A stretch of 64,000 nucleotides of DNA, from positions 31,858-95,857 of IMG/VR virus record IMGVR_UViG_3300042197_001803; one strand, given 5' to 3'. How positions within the stretch are numbered: position 1 is the first letter of the stretch; every line of letters starts with the position of its first letter. The stretch comes from an uncultured virus (IMG/VR IMGVR_UViG_3300042197_001803). Taxonomy: Duplodnaviria; Heunggongvirae; Uroviricota; Caudoviricetes. A model generated the notes under the pieces. It saw only the letters and a program-made list of their open reading frames with translations. It did not search any database and was not told the DNA's origin. The position numbers were made by a program, and so were the translations under genes. Shown one piece after another: positions 38,640 to 50,452 of the stretch.

Positions 38640-41162
38640 TTAGAAATCAAACTTAATTAGGAATTGTTGAATTCCTTGTCTTAAAACTGGTGATTGTAGT
38701 TTTGAAATAACCATCAAATCTTTATCTGAATCGTATAAACCAACTTCAGTAATGTAAGATTTAGTTCCTTGTGTCCATGTAGGGTTTGAAGTTGATAAGA
38801 ACTCGGCTTGACCCAAATTAATCTTATACCTCATTTCATATATGGTGGCCTGTATATCAGTTTCTAATGAACCGTAAAAATAATATTCATCACCAAAGTT
38901 TAATTGGGTACCACTAAAACCTGCCTGAGTAATATCAATATAATCACTTAAATCATAGTTAGACGCATTATCGTACAACTCTTGAGTAATAACAAACGTA
39001 CTACCAGTTAAACCGCTTTGAGTTATATATCCATTTACCGTTGAAGCGGTTAACTGACTTGTGAAATCAATTATTTTCCACTCTTCAGGGTCAGGTCTTG
39101 TATCACCAGAAACTTTTTGACAAATAATCTCAAATTTATTGGCAAAAAATCCACTACCTAAATCACAAAAAGTAGGACAAATAGTTGTCGTTGTGGTCGT
39201 GGTACCTATTGTAGTTGTTGTGGTCGTGGTACCTATTGTAGTTGTTGTGGTTGTGGTTGGGGAATCCGCTGGTTGTGATAAACAAGCAAATTCAGGACCA
39301 AACCTTACTCCAACATTTTGTGATGTGATTGGTTGGCAATCAATATTAGGACCTTGTATCTTTTGATAGTAGTTACAATGTAAAGAATCTGTATAATCTA
39401 AAGTATTGGTAAATCTATAAGTAACATACAAATATTCTGTATTACCTGTTAATATACCAACAAAAGATTCACCTTCAGTATTACAAGTATTTGGTGTAAC
39501 TAATGTTAATTTAGGTGCTGGTAATGTCCAATTTCTATTTGATTTATATGACATCGCTGCGATAATTTCCTCATCGTCAATAACAATAATTTGTTGGTCA
39601 GGAAATACTTTACCGACTCTACTTGGGAATCCATCATCGTTTGGGTTATCATCCCATAAGTGGTAATATCTTAAACCTGGAGTATTCATATCAACATTTT
39701 TAGTTGACTCAATATATTCAACTTTGAATAAACCAAAATCTTCAAACCCTGGCGGGTCAACCCAAAATGTTTGTCCATAACAACAATCAGGATTTTTATG
39801 CCACATAATCCAAGGTATGTGTAATCTGAAGTTTCTTGCTTGTCCTATGGCATTCGGGTTTGTGTCATCAAATGGTTGTAATGCGAATTTTTCACCATAG
39901 AAGAAATCAATTGTTTGATTAGTATAATGAATAATAGCAATGGCTTTTTGGTCTTTAGGTTCTAATCTAACTCTTTCATCAAATGAATTATAATAAAAAA
40001 CAGAACTAGTATCTGTTTGACCGCTTGATGATGCGTAACCTAAATACTCTTTAGTGCCCAAATAATTTATTGAACCGAATTCAGTGTAGTTCTTATGTGT
40101 GTTGGAGAATATACCAGCTGGTGTTTCAGACCAAGGAATATTCATATTCCATATTTTAACATCAAAAGCATCTGTATTACATACTGATTCAAAATTAATA
40201 ACATCATCATTCCAATGTCTTGATGGTGTTATTGAATCGTAAAGTGATGTCATGTTTGGTGGGTATATTAATGTCCTTGCATAACATTTATTGGAGTATG
40301 TTGAGAAATCAGGTGTTGCTCTATCTAAAGTATATTCGTCTAAACATATTCCAACAATCTTGTATGTTAAAATGTGATAACAACTATTAATAGAAACTAA
40401 ACAATCAGGTGGTGGAGGAGGTGGGCACGCTCTACTTGGTGTTGGTGTTGGGCAAAAAGTCGCTGACGGGGTGGGAGTAGGTGTTGGTGATGCACATGGG
40501 TTTCCATTAGTTGCTGATGGTGTTGGGGTAGGTGTTGGTGAAGTGTTAATTGTTGGTGTCACCGATGGTGTGGGTGTAGGTGTTAGTGGTATTGGGTATT
40601 CACAATTACAGTTGTTTTTACCATTACCGTCATAATAAATTGTAATTATATCCCCAACGGCAGGTAATCTAACTATGTCCGTATTACATCCTGAATATAC
40701 CAATTTTATTGTAGTACCACCTGTTACTGTGGACATATCAACAATGTAGTTAGAGTTTATAACATAAAAATTATTAGTTAAAGCACTCCAATTTATAGTT
40801 GTTGCCGTAGTATCACCAGTGAAAAACCCTCTCATTACAGGTCTATTATATACAGGACTAACAACAGAATCCATATAAGGTATTCCATAAGTGTTACCTG
40901 TAATACCATCAACATAATATGGGTATTTTACATGTTGTTTATTTGATTCAGGAACACCACTAATGTTTTGGGCGTTAAACCCAGGCTCAAGTACATTACT
41001 ATTTGTTTGGTTGTATGTTGATGGTAAGGCGTTATACGAAACTTCACTATCACCAACTTGGAAATACGAAATATTAAATCTTCCTTGTGATAGTTTTTGT
41101 CTACCAGCGTCAGTTAATCTTGTGTTGACTAAACCAGAAGTATTTTTTAAAATAAAACCCAT
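38640..41162 (-). CDS. Tail fibre/baseplate protein with split tail-collar (P2 gpH/DUF3751-like) domain and PT/T tracts
   Basis: N-terminal LTDAGRQKL and C-terminal ITEVGLYD...LMVISKL; internal PTPT and TTTTTTTIG repeats. Confidence 0.65.
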   Translation of the reverse strand: MGFILKNTSGLVNTRLTDAGRQKLSQGRFNISYFQVGDSEVSYNALPSTYNQTNSNVLEPGFNAQNISGVPESNKQHVKYPYYVDGITGNTYGIPYMDSVVSPVYNRPVMRGFFTGDTTATTINWSALTNNFYVINSNYIVDMSTVTGGTTIKLVYSGCNTDIVRLPAVGDIITIYYDGNGKNNCNCEYPIPLTPTPTPSVTPTINTSPTPTPTPSATNGNPCASPTPTPTPSATFCPTPTPSRACPPPPPPDCLVSINSCYHILTYKIVGICLDEYTLDRATPDFSTYSNKCYARTLIYPPNMTSLYDSITPSRHWNDDVINFESVCNTDAFDVKIWNMNIPWSETPAGIFSNTHKNYTEFGSINYLGTKEYLGYASSSGQTDTSSVFYYNSFDERVRLEPKDQKAIAIIHYTNQTIDFFYGEKFALQPFDDTNPNAIGQARNFRLHIPWIMWHKNPDCCYGQTFWVDPPGFEDFGLFKVEYIESTKNVDMNTPGLRYYHLWDDNPNDDGFPSRVGKVFPDQQIIVIDDEEIIAAMSYKSNRNWTLPAPKLTLVTPNTCNTEGESFVGILTGNTEYLYVTYRFTNTLDYTDSLHCNYYQKIQGPNIDCQPITSQNVGVRFGPEFACLSQPADSPTTTTTTTIGTTTTTTTIGTTTTTTTICPTFCDLGSGFFANKFEIICQKVSGDTRPDPEEWKIIDFTSQLTASTVNGYITQSGLTGSTFVITQELYDNASNYDLSDYIDITQAGFSGTQLNFGDEYYFYGSLETDIQATIYEMRYKINLGQAEFLSTSNPTWTQGTKSYITEVGLYDSDKDLMVISKLQSPVLRQGIQQFLIKFDF

Positions 41163-41188
41163 GTTTATAAATATAACATTTTAAATTT

Positions 41189-42499
41189 TTATGTTGTTAT
41201 TCCACCAGTACTATAACCCCCAACGCTTCCTGATGAACCTTCATTTATGTTTATTATTTCAACATTACAACAAGAACAACCATTTATAGAAGCTGTTGTA
41301 ATACTATAAGTATCCAAACTTTCACCAACAAGACATTTCAATAAAGTTTTAGATACTGTTGTTGTTGTGTTTAATACGACAACATCACCACTGTTTATAG
41401 TTACTGAATTCCAAATATCATTGGTTGTCTTTTTATACACTATAGTATCTTGACAACCTGGTATTGTATTTTGAGAAATTGATACCCCTACAGAGCTCAA
41501 AGGAGGTGATTGAGGAATACCATTAATTGTTAAAACTGTATTTGTTGTAAGTGTTGATGTTGTTGGTGATGGTGCAGAACTAAATAAATTAGAATGATTT
41601 AATTTAAGATTTAAAGAAACCCCACTTGGTAACGGTGGTGTTACATTAACAGTTGCCGTCACTTGATTTGTCTTTAGAGTTGGGGTATTACTAATTGTTG
41701 TCACTACAGGTGTAATACTAACACTATAAGTCACAGGTTGTTGACTATTTGTTAACACAACAGAACTATAAAAAGTATTTGAATTGCTATCAGTTAATAC
41801 AAGTGTGTAAGTACCACTACATAGATTATTGAATATTGCTGATGAAGATTGACTAACTCCATTATCTATCGAATATTGATACGGTGGCGTACCACCATAT
41901 GGTTGGAACACTATACTTCCGTCACACTCACAGGTAGGTCTGTTTGTTATAACTGAAAAACCTAAAGGATTTGTTGTTAGACAATTACCTTCATTACTTA
42001 TTAGGTTACCAGCTCCACCGCCAACGGTATACCAACCTGTTAAAGGAGGGTACGATGAATTTGAGACTATTTGATATGGTAGGGTTCCTCCACTTACTCT
42101 CCATTTATTTAATGATGTGTCAAAAATTATTAAATAATTTGTGTCATCAGATATCCACGATTCATAACCATTGTAAAGACCATTAGGGTTAAAATGTAAA
42201 GCAAAATCACCATCAATTACAATACAAAAATCGTAAGTTTGTACTGGATTTTCAACAGGAAAACTTTGATTTATTTTACATAATTCATTATATAAATAAA
42301 GTACTGTTGTTTCATCAGGTACTGTAACATAATAACCTGAAGTTAGTTCACTTAATGTAACACCGCTAGCAGGTGTGTAGTACAAATATTTTAAGGCAAT
42401 ATTGTTATTATTTATTGTATTATAATAAATTGTATAAGGACCTGGGGATGTTCCTCCTGTTATAGTAACTAAATAATTTTGACTCATTCTGTAATACAA
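41189..42499 (-). CDS. SprB-repeat-containing structural protein
   Basis: PTC..DGSI....[13 protein letters not shown]...[17 protein letters not shown]; the true start may be the M at 42487. Confidence 0.7.
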   Translation of the reverse strand: MYYRMSQNYLVTITGGTSPGPYTIYYNTINNNNIALKYLYYTPASGVTLSELTSGYYVTVPDETTVLYLYNELCKINQSFPVENPVQTYDFCIVIDGDFALHFNPNGLYNGYESWISDDTNYLIIFDTSLNKWRVSGGTLPYQIVSNSSYPPLTGWYTVGGGAGNLISNEGNCLTTNPLGFSVITNRPTCECDGSIVFQPYGGTPPYQYSIDNGVSQSSSAIFNNLCSGTYTLVLTDSNSNTFYSSVVLTNSQQPVTYSVSITPVVTTISNTPTLKTNQVTATVNVTPPLPSGVSLNLKLNHSNLFSSAPSPTTSTLTTNTVLTINGIPQSPPLSSVGVSISQNTIPGCQDTIVYKKTTNDIWNSVTINSGDVVVLNTTTTVSKTLLKCLVGESLDTYSITTASINGCSCCNVEIININEGSSGSVGGYSTGGITT

Positions 42500-43500
42500 T
42501 TAGAACTTCCAAGGTTTATGATTTCAACATAATCAGGTGCACTAACACTGCCTTCACAAGCACATAATGATAAATAATACCCTGTGAATACATAGGATTC
42601 TACAGGATAATTAGGTCCCAAACAATATCTATAATATATTGTTGGTGTTGTTGTTAGGTAATCAGGATTTCTAAATTCATATCTAACACAATCACAAGGA
42701 CCAACAAAAGTGCTTGGTGTTGGGGTTGGTGTTGGTGTTTTTGTTGGTGTTACAGTTTTTGTTGGTGTTGGTGTTGGTGTAGGACTACTATTAGGGGTTT
42801 TAGTTGGTGTAGGTGTGGGTGTTGGTGTGTTAGAAACATTAGGTGTAATAGTAGGTGTTGGCGTAATCGTAGGTGTGGGTGTATTAGTCGGTGTTGCAGT
42901 TGGGCTTGGTTCTGTGACAAAATTTTGAACTGATGCACTGAATGAACAATCATATTCTGAAGTTAACTCACAAGTTGTGGTGGCGCTAAAGTCACCATAA
43001 TAATCAATTACCGTAGCACTATAGGTACCAACAGTTAAGTTTTGAATCGCAGGTGCTATATTACCATTACTCCAAATAACAGTGTATGGTGGAGTTCCGC
43101 CAGTAATCGATACCGACATTTCACCATCGGCTGACGTTGGTGAAGATGGATTTGAAATTACACATTCAATCTCCATTGGAAAAATTGTTATTACATTACA
43201 CTCATTAACTGGTTGTGGTTGAATGGGTAATGGTGTAGGAGTTGGTTCTTCGCAGGGATTTTCAAGTAAACACGCGTAACAATCAGAACCGTAGTATAAC
43301 GTTTCAACTACATCACTATATATTGGGGAATCATTAGGAACTAACCCTTCATAATAAACACCACATATTGTTTGTGTTTCGGTTATTACTTTATATGTTA
43401 CACCAACAATAAATGGTTCTACAGGTATAAACTCAATACCAAAGTAGTTATCCTTATCATTTGGATATTCACAACAAGTCCTAAAATATAAAAATCCCAT
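42484..43500 (-). CDS. Cys-rich, SprB-repeat, (Pro-Thr)n protein
   Basis: [13 protein letters not shown]...[15 protein letters not shown] tract of about 65 aa. Confidence 0.7.
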   Translation of the reverse strand: MGFLYFRTCCEYPNDKDNYFGIEFIPVEPFIVGVTYKVITETQTICGVYYEGLVPNDSPIYSDVVETLYYGSDCYACLLENPCEEPTPTPLPIQPQPVNECNVITIFPMEIECVISNPSSPTSADGEMSVSITGGTPPYTVIWSNGNIAPAIQNLTVGTYSATVIDYYGDFSATTTCELTSEYDCSFSASVQNFVTEPSPTATPTNTPTPTITPTPTITPNVSNTPTPTPTPTKTPNSSPTPTPTPTKTVTPTKTPTPTPTPSTFVGPCDCVRYEFRNPDYLTTTPTIYYRYCLGPNYPVESYVFTGYYLSLCACEGSVSAPDYVEIINLGSSNCITE

Positions 43501-43532
43501 TTATGTTTAGATTATAAATATAAATAATCGTT

Positions 43533-44498
43533 TTATTGTTTTTTGATTATTTCTTTCATAAGTTCTACGTATTTTTTTGTAGCACTATTGTTGTCCACAT
43601 AATCAAAGTAATTAATATTTTCTTTTAGTTTTTCTAACGGGTTAACATTTATGAAATCACCTTTAAAAAATTTTGTGTTTTTTAAGTCTGCGGTTACACC
43701 TGCCATATGTAATATTGGTCTCTTTTCATAAATTTTGATATCATCGGTTGCCCAAGAAAAATCAAGTTCTTTTGTTATTTTAGTTTCTTTATCAAAATAC
43801 CATAAGTTCCATAATAAAGACCACATTTCTGCAGTCCAAAATTGTATCTCACCAGGATTAATTGGGAATCTTCTCTGATAATCCAACATTTGATTATATA
43901 ATGGAGTACAATCCATATATATCTTTTCCCAAATCATCCAATCTGTTTTTTTAATAATGTATTGACCGCCACCAGAATTATCTTGGTTACATTCAACACA
44001 TTGGGGGTCAATACCTACCACATCACACATTTCTTGTAACAATTGTCCTTTACCTGAATTTGGGTGAGTTTTTTCATATCTTTCACAACAATCCATAATA
44101 TAGTTGTAACCTATATATCCAATAGTGTCGGACAAATAAATAACATCATCTTTAAGTAGTGATTTAAAATTTGGTAGTTCTCTAAAAATTATATCAGAAT
44201 CATGTAAGAAAAAACAATCACCGTGTTCAGGAAACTCTCTAAGCCATTTATAAATTAAAAATGGTTTTATACTTGGTATATATTTTTTATCTTCTCTATC
44301 ATCTAAATAATGATGAATATTAATACCTAAATCTTTTAAAGATAAAGATTCTTTAGTTGGTTCCGTATTTGGTGTTACTATACCTAATAAAACATGTATA
44401 TCTTTTGGATTTATACCTTTTTGTATAAAATTTTCAACATAAACTCTAATTTGCCAATGAAAATAAGGTACGTCAGGTTGTGATGTAACAAACAACAT
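43533..44498 (-). CDS. GT-A glycosyltransferase resembling plant peptidyl-Ser galactosyl/Hyp arabinosyltransferases (GT96/GT95)
   Basis: YFHWQ, YIPSIKP...KWL, HDSDIIFR (DxD), WTAEMWS, ILH motifs in the expected order. Confidence 0.65.
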   Translation of the reverse strand: MLFVTSQPDVPYFHWQIRVYVENFIQKGINPKDIHVLLGIVTPNTEPTKESLSLKDLGINIHHYLDDREDKKYIPSIKPFLIYKWLREFPEHGDCFFLHDSDIIFRELPNFKSLLKDDVIYLSDTIGYIGYNYIMDCCERYEKTHPNSGKGQLLQEMCDVVGIDPQCVECNQDNSGGGQYIIKKTDWMIWEKIYMDCTPLYNQMLDYQRRFPINPGEIQFWTAEMWSLLWNLWYFDKETKITKELDFSWATDDIKIYEKRPILHMAGVTADLKNTKFFKGDFINVNPLEKLKENINYFDYVDNNSATKKYVELMKEIIKKQ

Positions 44499-44568
44499 AT
44501 TTTTTTATTATTAAATATAGTTCATGTTATTTTGTAATAAATGATATTTCAGGAGATATTTATATAAT

Positions 44569-44748
44569 ATGAAATTACTCAAAACAATAACTAAATTAGT
44601 TTTAGAATCTAAGGATGCTTTGGATAGAGCCGCTGAGCGAGGTGTTAGTGAAAAAGAATTGGATAGGTTGGAAAAAAACTACATTGATTCATTAAAATTG
44701 ATGAAATTGTATGAGAATATTGGGAAATCTAATCCTGATAAAAATTAA
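44569..44748 (+). CDS. Small helical protein (59 aa, not in track)
   Basis: [69 protein letters not shown] 4 nt upstream. Confidence 0.65.
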   Translation: MKLLKTITKLVLESKDALDRAAERGVSEKELDRLEKNYIDSLKLMKLYENIGKSNPDKN

Positions 44749-47432
44749 CATCCGCCACCAATTGGTGAGCACTCTATCCCTAATACCCCACTTCCACTGA
44801 TATTAAATACTTGATTCACCCCACCTTGTTTCAAGAAACCACCCCAAAGGAATAAACCTGTCAATGAGTCATTAATATATATTGTAACACCATTTGTTAA
44901 CGATGTTACACCATATGTTGTGTATACTGTTATTGTTGAACCTGTGACATCACAAAGACCACCAACACAATATGATGAATTCCAAATAACTGTATGAGCT
45001 CTGTATAACGGACTTGGTGTTGGGGTTCTTGTTGGTGTAACAGTAGGTGTTGTGGTAGGTGTAATAGTAGGTGTTACTGTAGGAGTCGTGGTTGGTGTTG
45101 GGCTAGCAAATTGTGTTGGTGTAGGAGTTGTGGTTGGTGTAGGACTTGCAAACATTGTTGGTGTAACTGTAGGTGTGGCCGTTGGTGTTGGTGAAGGTGT
45201 TTTAGTTGGTGTTAATCCTGGTGTTACTGTTGGTGTTGGTGTTACATTTGGTGTTCTAGTTACTGTAGGTGTTGGTGTTGGTGAAGGAGGTACATCACAA
45301 GCAACACAAGAAATATTGTAAAATATTACCATATCAATCAAAACTTGCTTGTCAGATAATGTCACATTAGGGTCACAATTACTTAAAATTTTAATTATGT
45401 TATTTTCAGGGTCTATTATAACATTTCCAATACCACTTTCAGTTTCTAAAACTTCTTCTATTGTATCATACCACAAATTGTCGGATGGATAATCATTTAA
45501 TGTCGTACCTGTATAAAAATTCTTTGATGCTATAGTAGTACCCAAAGTAATTTTAACTTGGAATACAGCACTATTTAATACACAATTAACATCATCAATA
45601 GTAAGGTCATAGAAACCTTCATTTAACATTTCTCTAGGACCTTTTTTAATTTGGATTCCGCTATTTGTAAAATTAGTATCACAAATAGAATATGTTTGGT
45701 AAGACGTAATTAAGTTAGTACCTTCAATAACAACTGATTTTTGTTTAGTACATCCCAAACTATCTGTTACGGTTAATGTGTAGGTACCTGCGGATAAGTT
45801 ATTAACAGTTAAACCAGTTTGACCATTAACGTTACTACTCCAAACCAAATTAAACTGAGGCTCTCCATCAGTAATAAACGCAGTTATCGAGCCATCATTT
45901 CCATTTGTAGTATTAATACCTGCTAAAATAAAATCAACATTTGTTGATGGGTCAACAAAATATGATGTAGTGATTGTACATCCCGTTCCATCGGTAACTG
46001 TAACTACATTATTTCCTGACGCTAAATTAGTGAACGTATATCCACTATCACTTGTTGGTCCGAATACAGATGCGTTAGCAATAAATGTGTATGGTGGAGT
46101 ACCACCTGAAATACCCAATTCAAGAGACCCATTTGAAAGTCCGCAAGTAGTACCAGTAGTACTACCTGTTAAATTCATAGTAGATAGATTATTAATTGTG
46201 TATGCACTTGTAAACGTACAAACACCGTCTTCAATAGTTAAATTATACGTACCAGCCGATAGATTGGTAAACTGCCAAGTCTGACTTGTGGTTGCTTGAG
46301 ATACACTACTACCATCAGGATATTCTAATGTGTATGTGTAGTTGCCTGACCCACCAAATATTGATATAGGGTTTAATGAACCACCATTATTACCACATAA
46401 AGTAGGATTAACACTAACACTTGTTATTGAAAATCCACCAGGTGGTAATACAGAAGTTGTTGTAGTGAATGTACATAAACCCGCATCAGTTACCTGTATT
46501 GTAAACACGCCAGGTGCTAAATTAGTAAACTCATATGTCGGTTCAAACGTTATTTGAATTGTTCCGTTAGAACCTGAATAATAATATGGTGCAGTACCTC
46601 CAGTTACTGTTATTTCAACCCTTCCGTTTGAAGTAAAACAGTCAGGGTTTGTTGTAACTAAAGAACCTAATCCGATTGGTGGTACATTTGGAACTGATGT
46701 TGATTTTGTTACCGCACATCCTGTTGAGTCTGTAACGGTAACGCTATATCCACTTGCGGTTAAACCTGTTATACTTGATGTGGTTTCTCCGTTATTCCAC
46801 AAATATGTGTATGGTGGGTTACCTGTAATACCAGTTACGAATATTTTACCCGAATCTACTGAACAGCCCGCGTCTGCAACAACATAAAAACCAAAATCAA
46901 CGGTAGTTGAGCTTTTTACTATACATGTTTGAGTTTTACCTGTACACCCACCCCCATCATCAACAACAATATAGTAAGTATCGGCAGTTAAAAACCCATC
47001 AAAAGTTATTGTACCGTCAAATGAACTACCAGATGTTATAAAAAGATTGTCATCATTATATAAACTAAATGTTGCGGTACCATAATAGTTTGTTGTTGAT
47101 GCTGACAAACTACCGTTATTTAAACCGCAAGTTGTATTACCAATTGCGGTTATTGAAGCGCAAGTTCCGCTAGAGATATAAATATTAACAGGTAATATGG
47201 TATTAGTTGGTGTACAACTATCAATAATATTAATGGTATATGTGTCGGCAGATAAACCTGATATTGAGTATTGTGTTACTCCAACACCTAAAGCTGTGGT
47301 TCCTGATGCGGGATTAACCCATTGAATACTATAATCAGGCGCACTGCCTAAGATGTCTATGGTAAACGCTCCTGAGTTTGTATTACTACAGTCGCCAGTT
47401 ATTGAAATATTATATCCTAAAACACAAGACAT
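44745..47432 (-). CDS. Long SprB-repeat adhesin-like fibre with C-terminal (Pro-Thr)n tract
   Basis: About seven repeats such as [38 protein letters not shown] tract of about 95 aa. Confidence 0.8.
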   Translation of the reverse strand: MSCVLGYNISITGDCSNTNSGAFTIDILGSAPDYSIQWVNPASGTTALGVGVTQYSISGLSADTYTINIIDSCTPTNTILPVNIYISSGTCASITAIGNTTCGLNNGSLSASTTNYYGTATFSLYNDDNLFITSGSSFDGTITFDGFLTADTYYIVVDDGGGCTGKTQTCIVKSSTTVDFGFYVVADAGCSVDSGKIFVTGITGNPPYTYLWNNGETTSSITGLTASGYSVTVTDSTGCAVTKSTSVPNVPPIGLGSLVTTNPDCFTSNGRVEITVTGGTAPYYYSGSNGTIQITFEPTYEFTNLAPGVFTIQVTDAGLCTFTTTTSVLPPGGFSITSVSVNPTLCGNNGGSLNPISIFGGSGNYTYTLEYPDGSSVSQATTSQTWQFTNLSAGTYNLTIEDGVCTFTSAYTINNLSTMNLTGSTTGTTCGLSNGSLELGISGGTPPYTFIANASVFGPTSDSGYTFTNLASGNNVVTVTDGTGCTITTSYFVDPSTNVDFILAGINTTNGNDGSITAFITDGEPQFNLVWSSNVNGQTGLTVNNLSAGTYTLTVTDSLGCTKQKSVVIEGTNLITSYQTYSICDTNFTNSGIQIKKGPREMLNEGFYDLTIDDVNCVLNSAVFQVKITLGTTIASKNFYTGTTLNDYPSDNLWYDTIEEVLETESGIGNVIIDPENNIIKILSNCDPNVTLSDKQVLIDMVIFYNISCVACDVPPSPTPTPTVTRTPNVTPTPTVTPGLTPTKTPSPTPTATPTVTPTMFASPTPTTTPTPTQFASPTPTTTPTVTPTITPTTTPTVTPTRTPTPSPLYRAHTVIWNSSYCVGGLCDVTGSTITVYTTYGVTSLTNGVTIYINDSLTGLFLWGGFLKQGGVNQVFNISGSGVLGIECSPIGGGC

Positions 47433-50400
47433 TAACTACATGTAATATTAAAGTTTATTCCGACATTTAAATTAAAATTTAATCCTACATCGGAAACCGA
47501 ACATATTAAATTATAAATAACCACAGTATCATTATTTGTAAAATAATAATCATATCCGTAGTTTTTTAAATCGTTAAGTGCGGCAATTAAGGCGTTGTCC
47601 CAATCTGATATTGATGGTGAACTCAAAGATGAATCTATGTAACCAACACCATTAAAAAATGAATAACTAACAATATCGTTATTATTTATTTTTATATCAA
47701 CAAACCACTCAGTATTTAAAGTATTAAGTTGACAATCGTTTAATTGATATCCGTTATCAACCAAATAATTATTTAAAACATAACCCAAAACACCATTAAA
47801 ATTAATAATTGTTCCACTGTTATACCAAGGGTACTTACCACATTCAACAACTTGTATATCACAGTCATATCTAAAAATATTTGTAGTTAATTCACATGGT
47901 TTACAAGGAATAGGTACTAATTGACAACCCTCCTGTCTTCTCCAAACAAATTTTTGTCTATGAAATATTGAGTTTTCGTACCTAACACCAGTATTCCAAA
48001 TTGTTGTTGCTGGTATCATCTGTTCAACCAACCTAATCCAATAATCACCCAATCCTTCAACATACTCAATCATTGTTTTATAGTTAAAGTTATTATTTTC
48101 AATACCAGCCTGTTGTTGTGATTCCAAATATTTCCAATATATCGAAGCTAATGTTGGGTATCCACCTGTTTTACCATCAGTGGCAAATTGTCTATTTCTT
48201 ACGTTAATTGTATTTAACCAAAATGTTTGAGCGAACTCAAAAAATGTATTCCTTTTTGGTTGTGGGTTTATCGTAGTCCAATCAATACCACCTCTTTGAG
48301 GGTACAAATACACTGGATTTGGGTCACAATAAGTAGGTGCAACATATCCCAAACCTTGGTTAGGTATTGGATAATTAAATTGTCTTGACATGTACCATAC
48401 GTCATATGCAAGTCCTTGTCCAGGATTTAAAAATAAATCAACGTTTTTAACATTTAACACTAGTCTTTCATCACTAACATTGTATCTAGCATTAATATTA
48501 GCATCCAAATTAGACCTTAACCCAACTTCATAATCAGCCCAACTTTTGTTATTATCAATTGTTGGTGTTAAATAATAACCTAAATTCATAAAAGGAAATT
48601 TCCTAAATTTATTTAAGTATACTTGACCGTAAGAATAAGGTTGTAATTTAGTTTGATAGTTAGGATTTGACCCCGTAAAAACACTATTTGTTAAGTCAAC
48701 TTCTTCAGGTGCTCGGTGTTGTGGTGTTTGTTCAAACCAACCACTACCTATTTGAAAATAATATGCTTCACTGTCTTCAATAGCTCTAGGATAACCTTCC
48801 TCATCCATTGGGTATTCATCTATTGTTATGTTCGCGTCTTGTATTATTGTTTGAGTTGTAAATCCTGTATACGGATTACCAAATATAAAGAAAATATTAC
48901 CATCTTCTAAAGTTGGTAATTCCTGAACATATGTACCACCAGATATTGTGACAAACTGAGTGTTAAATTGGTTAAGATTTATTCTTTGGTCGGCTAAGTA
49001 AACATACTCATTAAACTCAACTAAGGCCTCAGGAGCCCCAATAAGCCTCATAAGTATTTCTATAGATTTTCTAGTACCTTTTGATTTAAAAAGATATGCT
49101 GAGTTTAATATTAAGTTTCTATAATACTGATAGTTTAATTCATCAGGAGTACTAGATTTAGATAATCCTGAATAAAGTGATGGTTCACTATTTTTTTGAC
49201 CAAAAACCGAACTTAAAAAAGCGTCATTAGTTATTGGAGAAATATTTGTGGTCCACCCTAATGTTTGGGCTAAGTTTTTAAGTAATTGGGAAGGTATGTC
49301 ATTACCAACATTATAATTCACCGAATTCATATAAGCCAAAGCGTCTATGAATTTTTTTGTTTCATCAAAACTTCTACCGTATATCTGTAAAACTTTTTCC
49401 ATTTTTTGAGTTACAGTATCAAACTCTCTGAACGCATCGGTTATAAAAAATCTAGACACTAAATTTGTTGTAAACTCATCAAAAAATGCACTTGTTTCGT
49501 TCAAACTTTCTAAATAATTTTCAAATGCTTTAGATACAATATCTAAATTCCAACTACCATCTAAACTCCATGTAATATTTTCATACCCTGTATAATATTG
49601 ACCATTTTCTGTTTGTCTGGGTACTTGAAAAGTTGCTGTATATATTGGGGAGGTTTCTCTATTTAATAAAAAGTTTTCTACTTCATCTAAATCTTCATTA
49701 AAAATTCTGTTCACCTCAAAATCATTTGGTCTGATAACTAAATTATCATAAGTGAAATTTTGACCTGAAAATGGGTTGCCTTCAACAACAATAGTTAAAG
49801 TACCAAATTCTATGTTTTGAGTTGGGGTTATTCTTAAAACCGAATACCCCGCACCACTGTAATACAAAGAATATTTACTGTAATTATTTGTCATGTCTCT
49901 CAATGGAGATACTCCTATTTCTCGTAGTTCTAAATTTCTTGCGGAGTTAACTGAGAAATCAACGTCAAATGGATTCCTTAACTTTGAGACATCTAAATCG
50001 AAACTAGTTTCGTTAAATATTGAATTGTATACTATATTTGTCGCGGTTACCCCTGTTACATAGTTTATACCCATAAAGGTTGATTCTATGGCTGCAGGAA
50101 ACTTACTAATAATTGTTTGAACTGATGTTGAGAGTCTTTTAACCATTGACCCATATAGAGTAAAATTGGTAATTTGACTTAGGTCAAAATTAGGATATAC
50201 TTTAAAATTATTTTCAAAAATCGCCTTTGATTGAGCAACACTTTCAACACCCATAGACTCTAAACTAATCGGGTCTGAGAAGGTACCAGTATTAAAATTT
50301 CTATTAGTCTTTTCTGTTACACCTGTAGTAAATTGGAAATTACCTTGCGTTAATCCACCTCCAGCAACTAACTGAAATCCAACTAAATTGTCGGAAAATG

Positions 50401-50452
50401 TTCCAGCTCCAGTTGCGGGGGTAGGAGGACAGATGTATTTTTTATTCGCCAT
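47432..50452 (-). CDS. Baseplate protein with P2 gpI-like domain
   Basis: [11 protein letters not shown]...[19 protein letters not shown] pattern. Confidence 0.65.
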   Translation of the reverse strand: MANKKYICPPTPATGAGTFSDNLVGFQLVAGGGLTQGNFQFTTGVTEKTNRNFNTGTFSDPISLESMGVESVAQSKAIFENNFKVYPNFDLSQITNFTLYGSMVKRLSTSVQTIISKFPAAIESTFMGINYVTGVTATNIVYNSIFNETSFDLDVSKLRNPFDVDFSVNSARNLELREIGVSPLRDMTNNYSKYSLYYSGAGYSVLRITPTQNIEFGTLTIVVEGNPFSGQNFTYDNLVIRPNDFEVNRIFNEDLDEVENFLLNRETSPIYTATFQVPRQTENGQYYTGYENITWSLDGSWNLDIVSKAFENYLESLNETSAFFDEFTTNLVSRFFITDAFREFDTVTQKMEKVLQIYGRSFDETKKFIDALAYMNSVNYNVGNDIPSQLLKNLAQTLGWTTNISPITNDAFLSSVFGQKNSEPSLYSGLSKSSTPDELNYQYYRNLILNSAYLFKSKGTRKSIEILMRLIGAPEALVEFNEYVYLADQRINLNQFNTQFVTISGGTYVQELPTLEDGNIFFIFGNPYTGFTTQTIIQDANITIDEYPMDEEGYPRAIEDSEAYYFQIGSGWFEQTPQHRAPEEVDLTNSVFTGSNPNYQTKLQPYSYGQVYLNKFRKFPFMNLGYYLTPTIDNNKSWADYEVGLRSNLDANINARYNVSDERLVLNVKNVDLFLNPGQGLAYDVWYMSRQFNYPIPNQGLGYVAPTYCDPNPVYLYPQRGGIDWTTINPQPKRNTFFEFAQTFWLNTINVRNRQFATDGKTGGYPTLASIYWKYLESQQQAGIENNNFNYKTMIEYVEGLGDYWIRLVEQMIPATTIWNTGVRYENSIFHRQKFVWRRQEGCQLVPIPCKPCELTTNIFRYDCDIQVVECGKYPWYNSGTIINFNGVLGYVLNNYLVDNGYQLNDCQLNTLNTEWFVDIKINNNDIVSYSFFNGVGYIDSSLSSPSISDWDNALIAALNDLKNYGYDYYFTNNDTVVIYNLICSVSDVGLNFNLNVGINFNITCS

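Noticed and set aside
35553-46557. Val/Gly-rich ORFs (GVGVGV...) at 35553, 36606, 39139, 42710, 45052 and others
   Set aside because: They are antisense shadows of the Pro-Thr codon repeats in real genes.
35263-47432. Diversity-generating retroelement acting on fibre genes
   Set aside because: No reverse transcriptase in the window and no TR/VR pair differing at adenines was seen.
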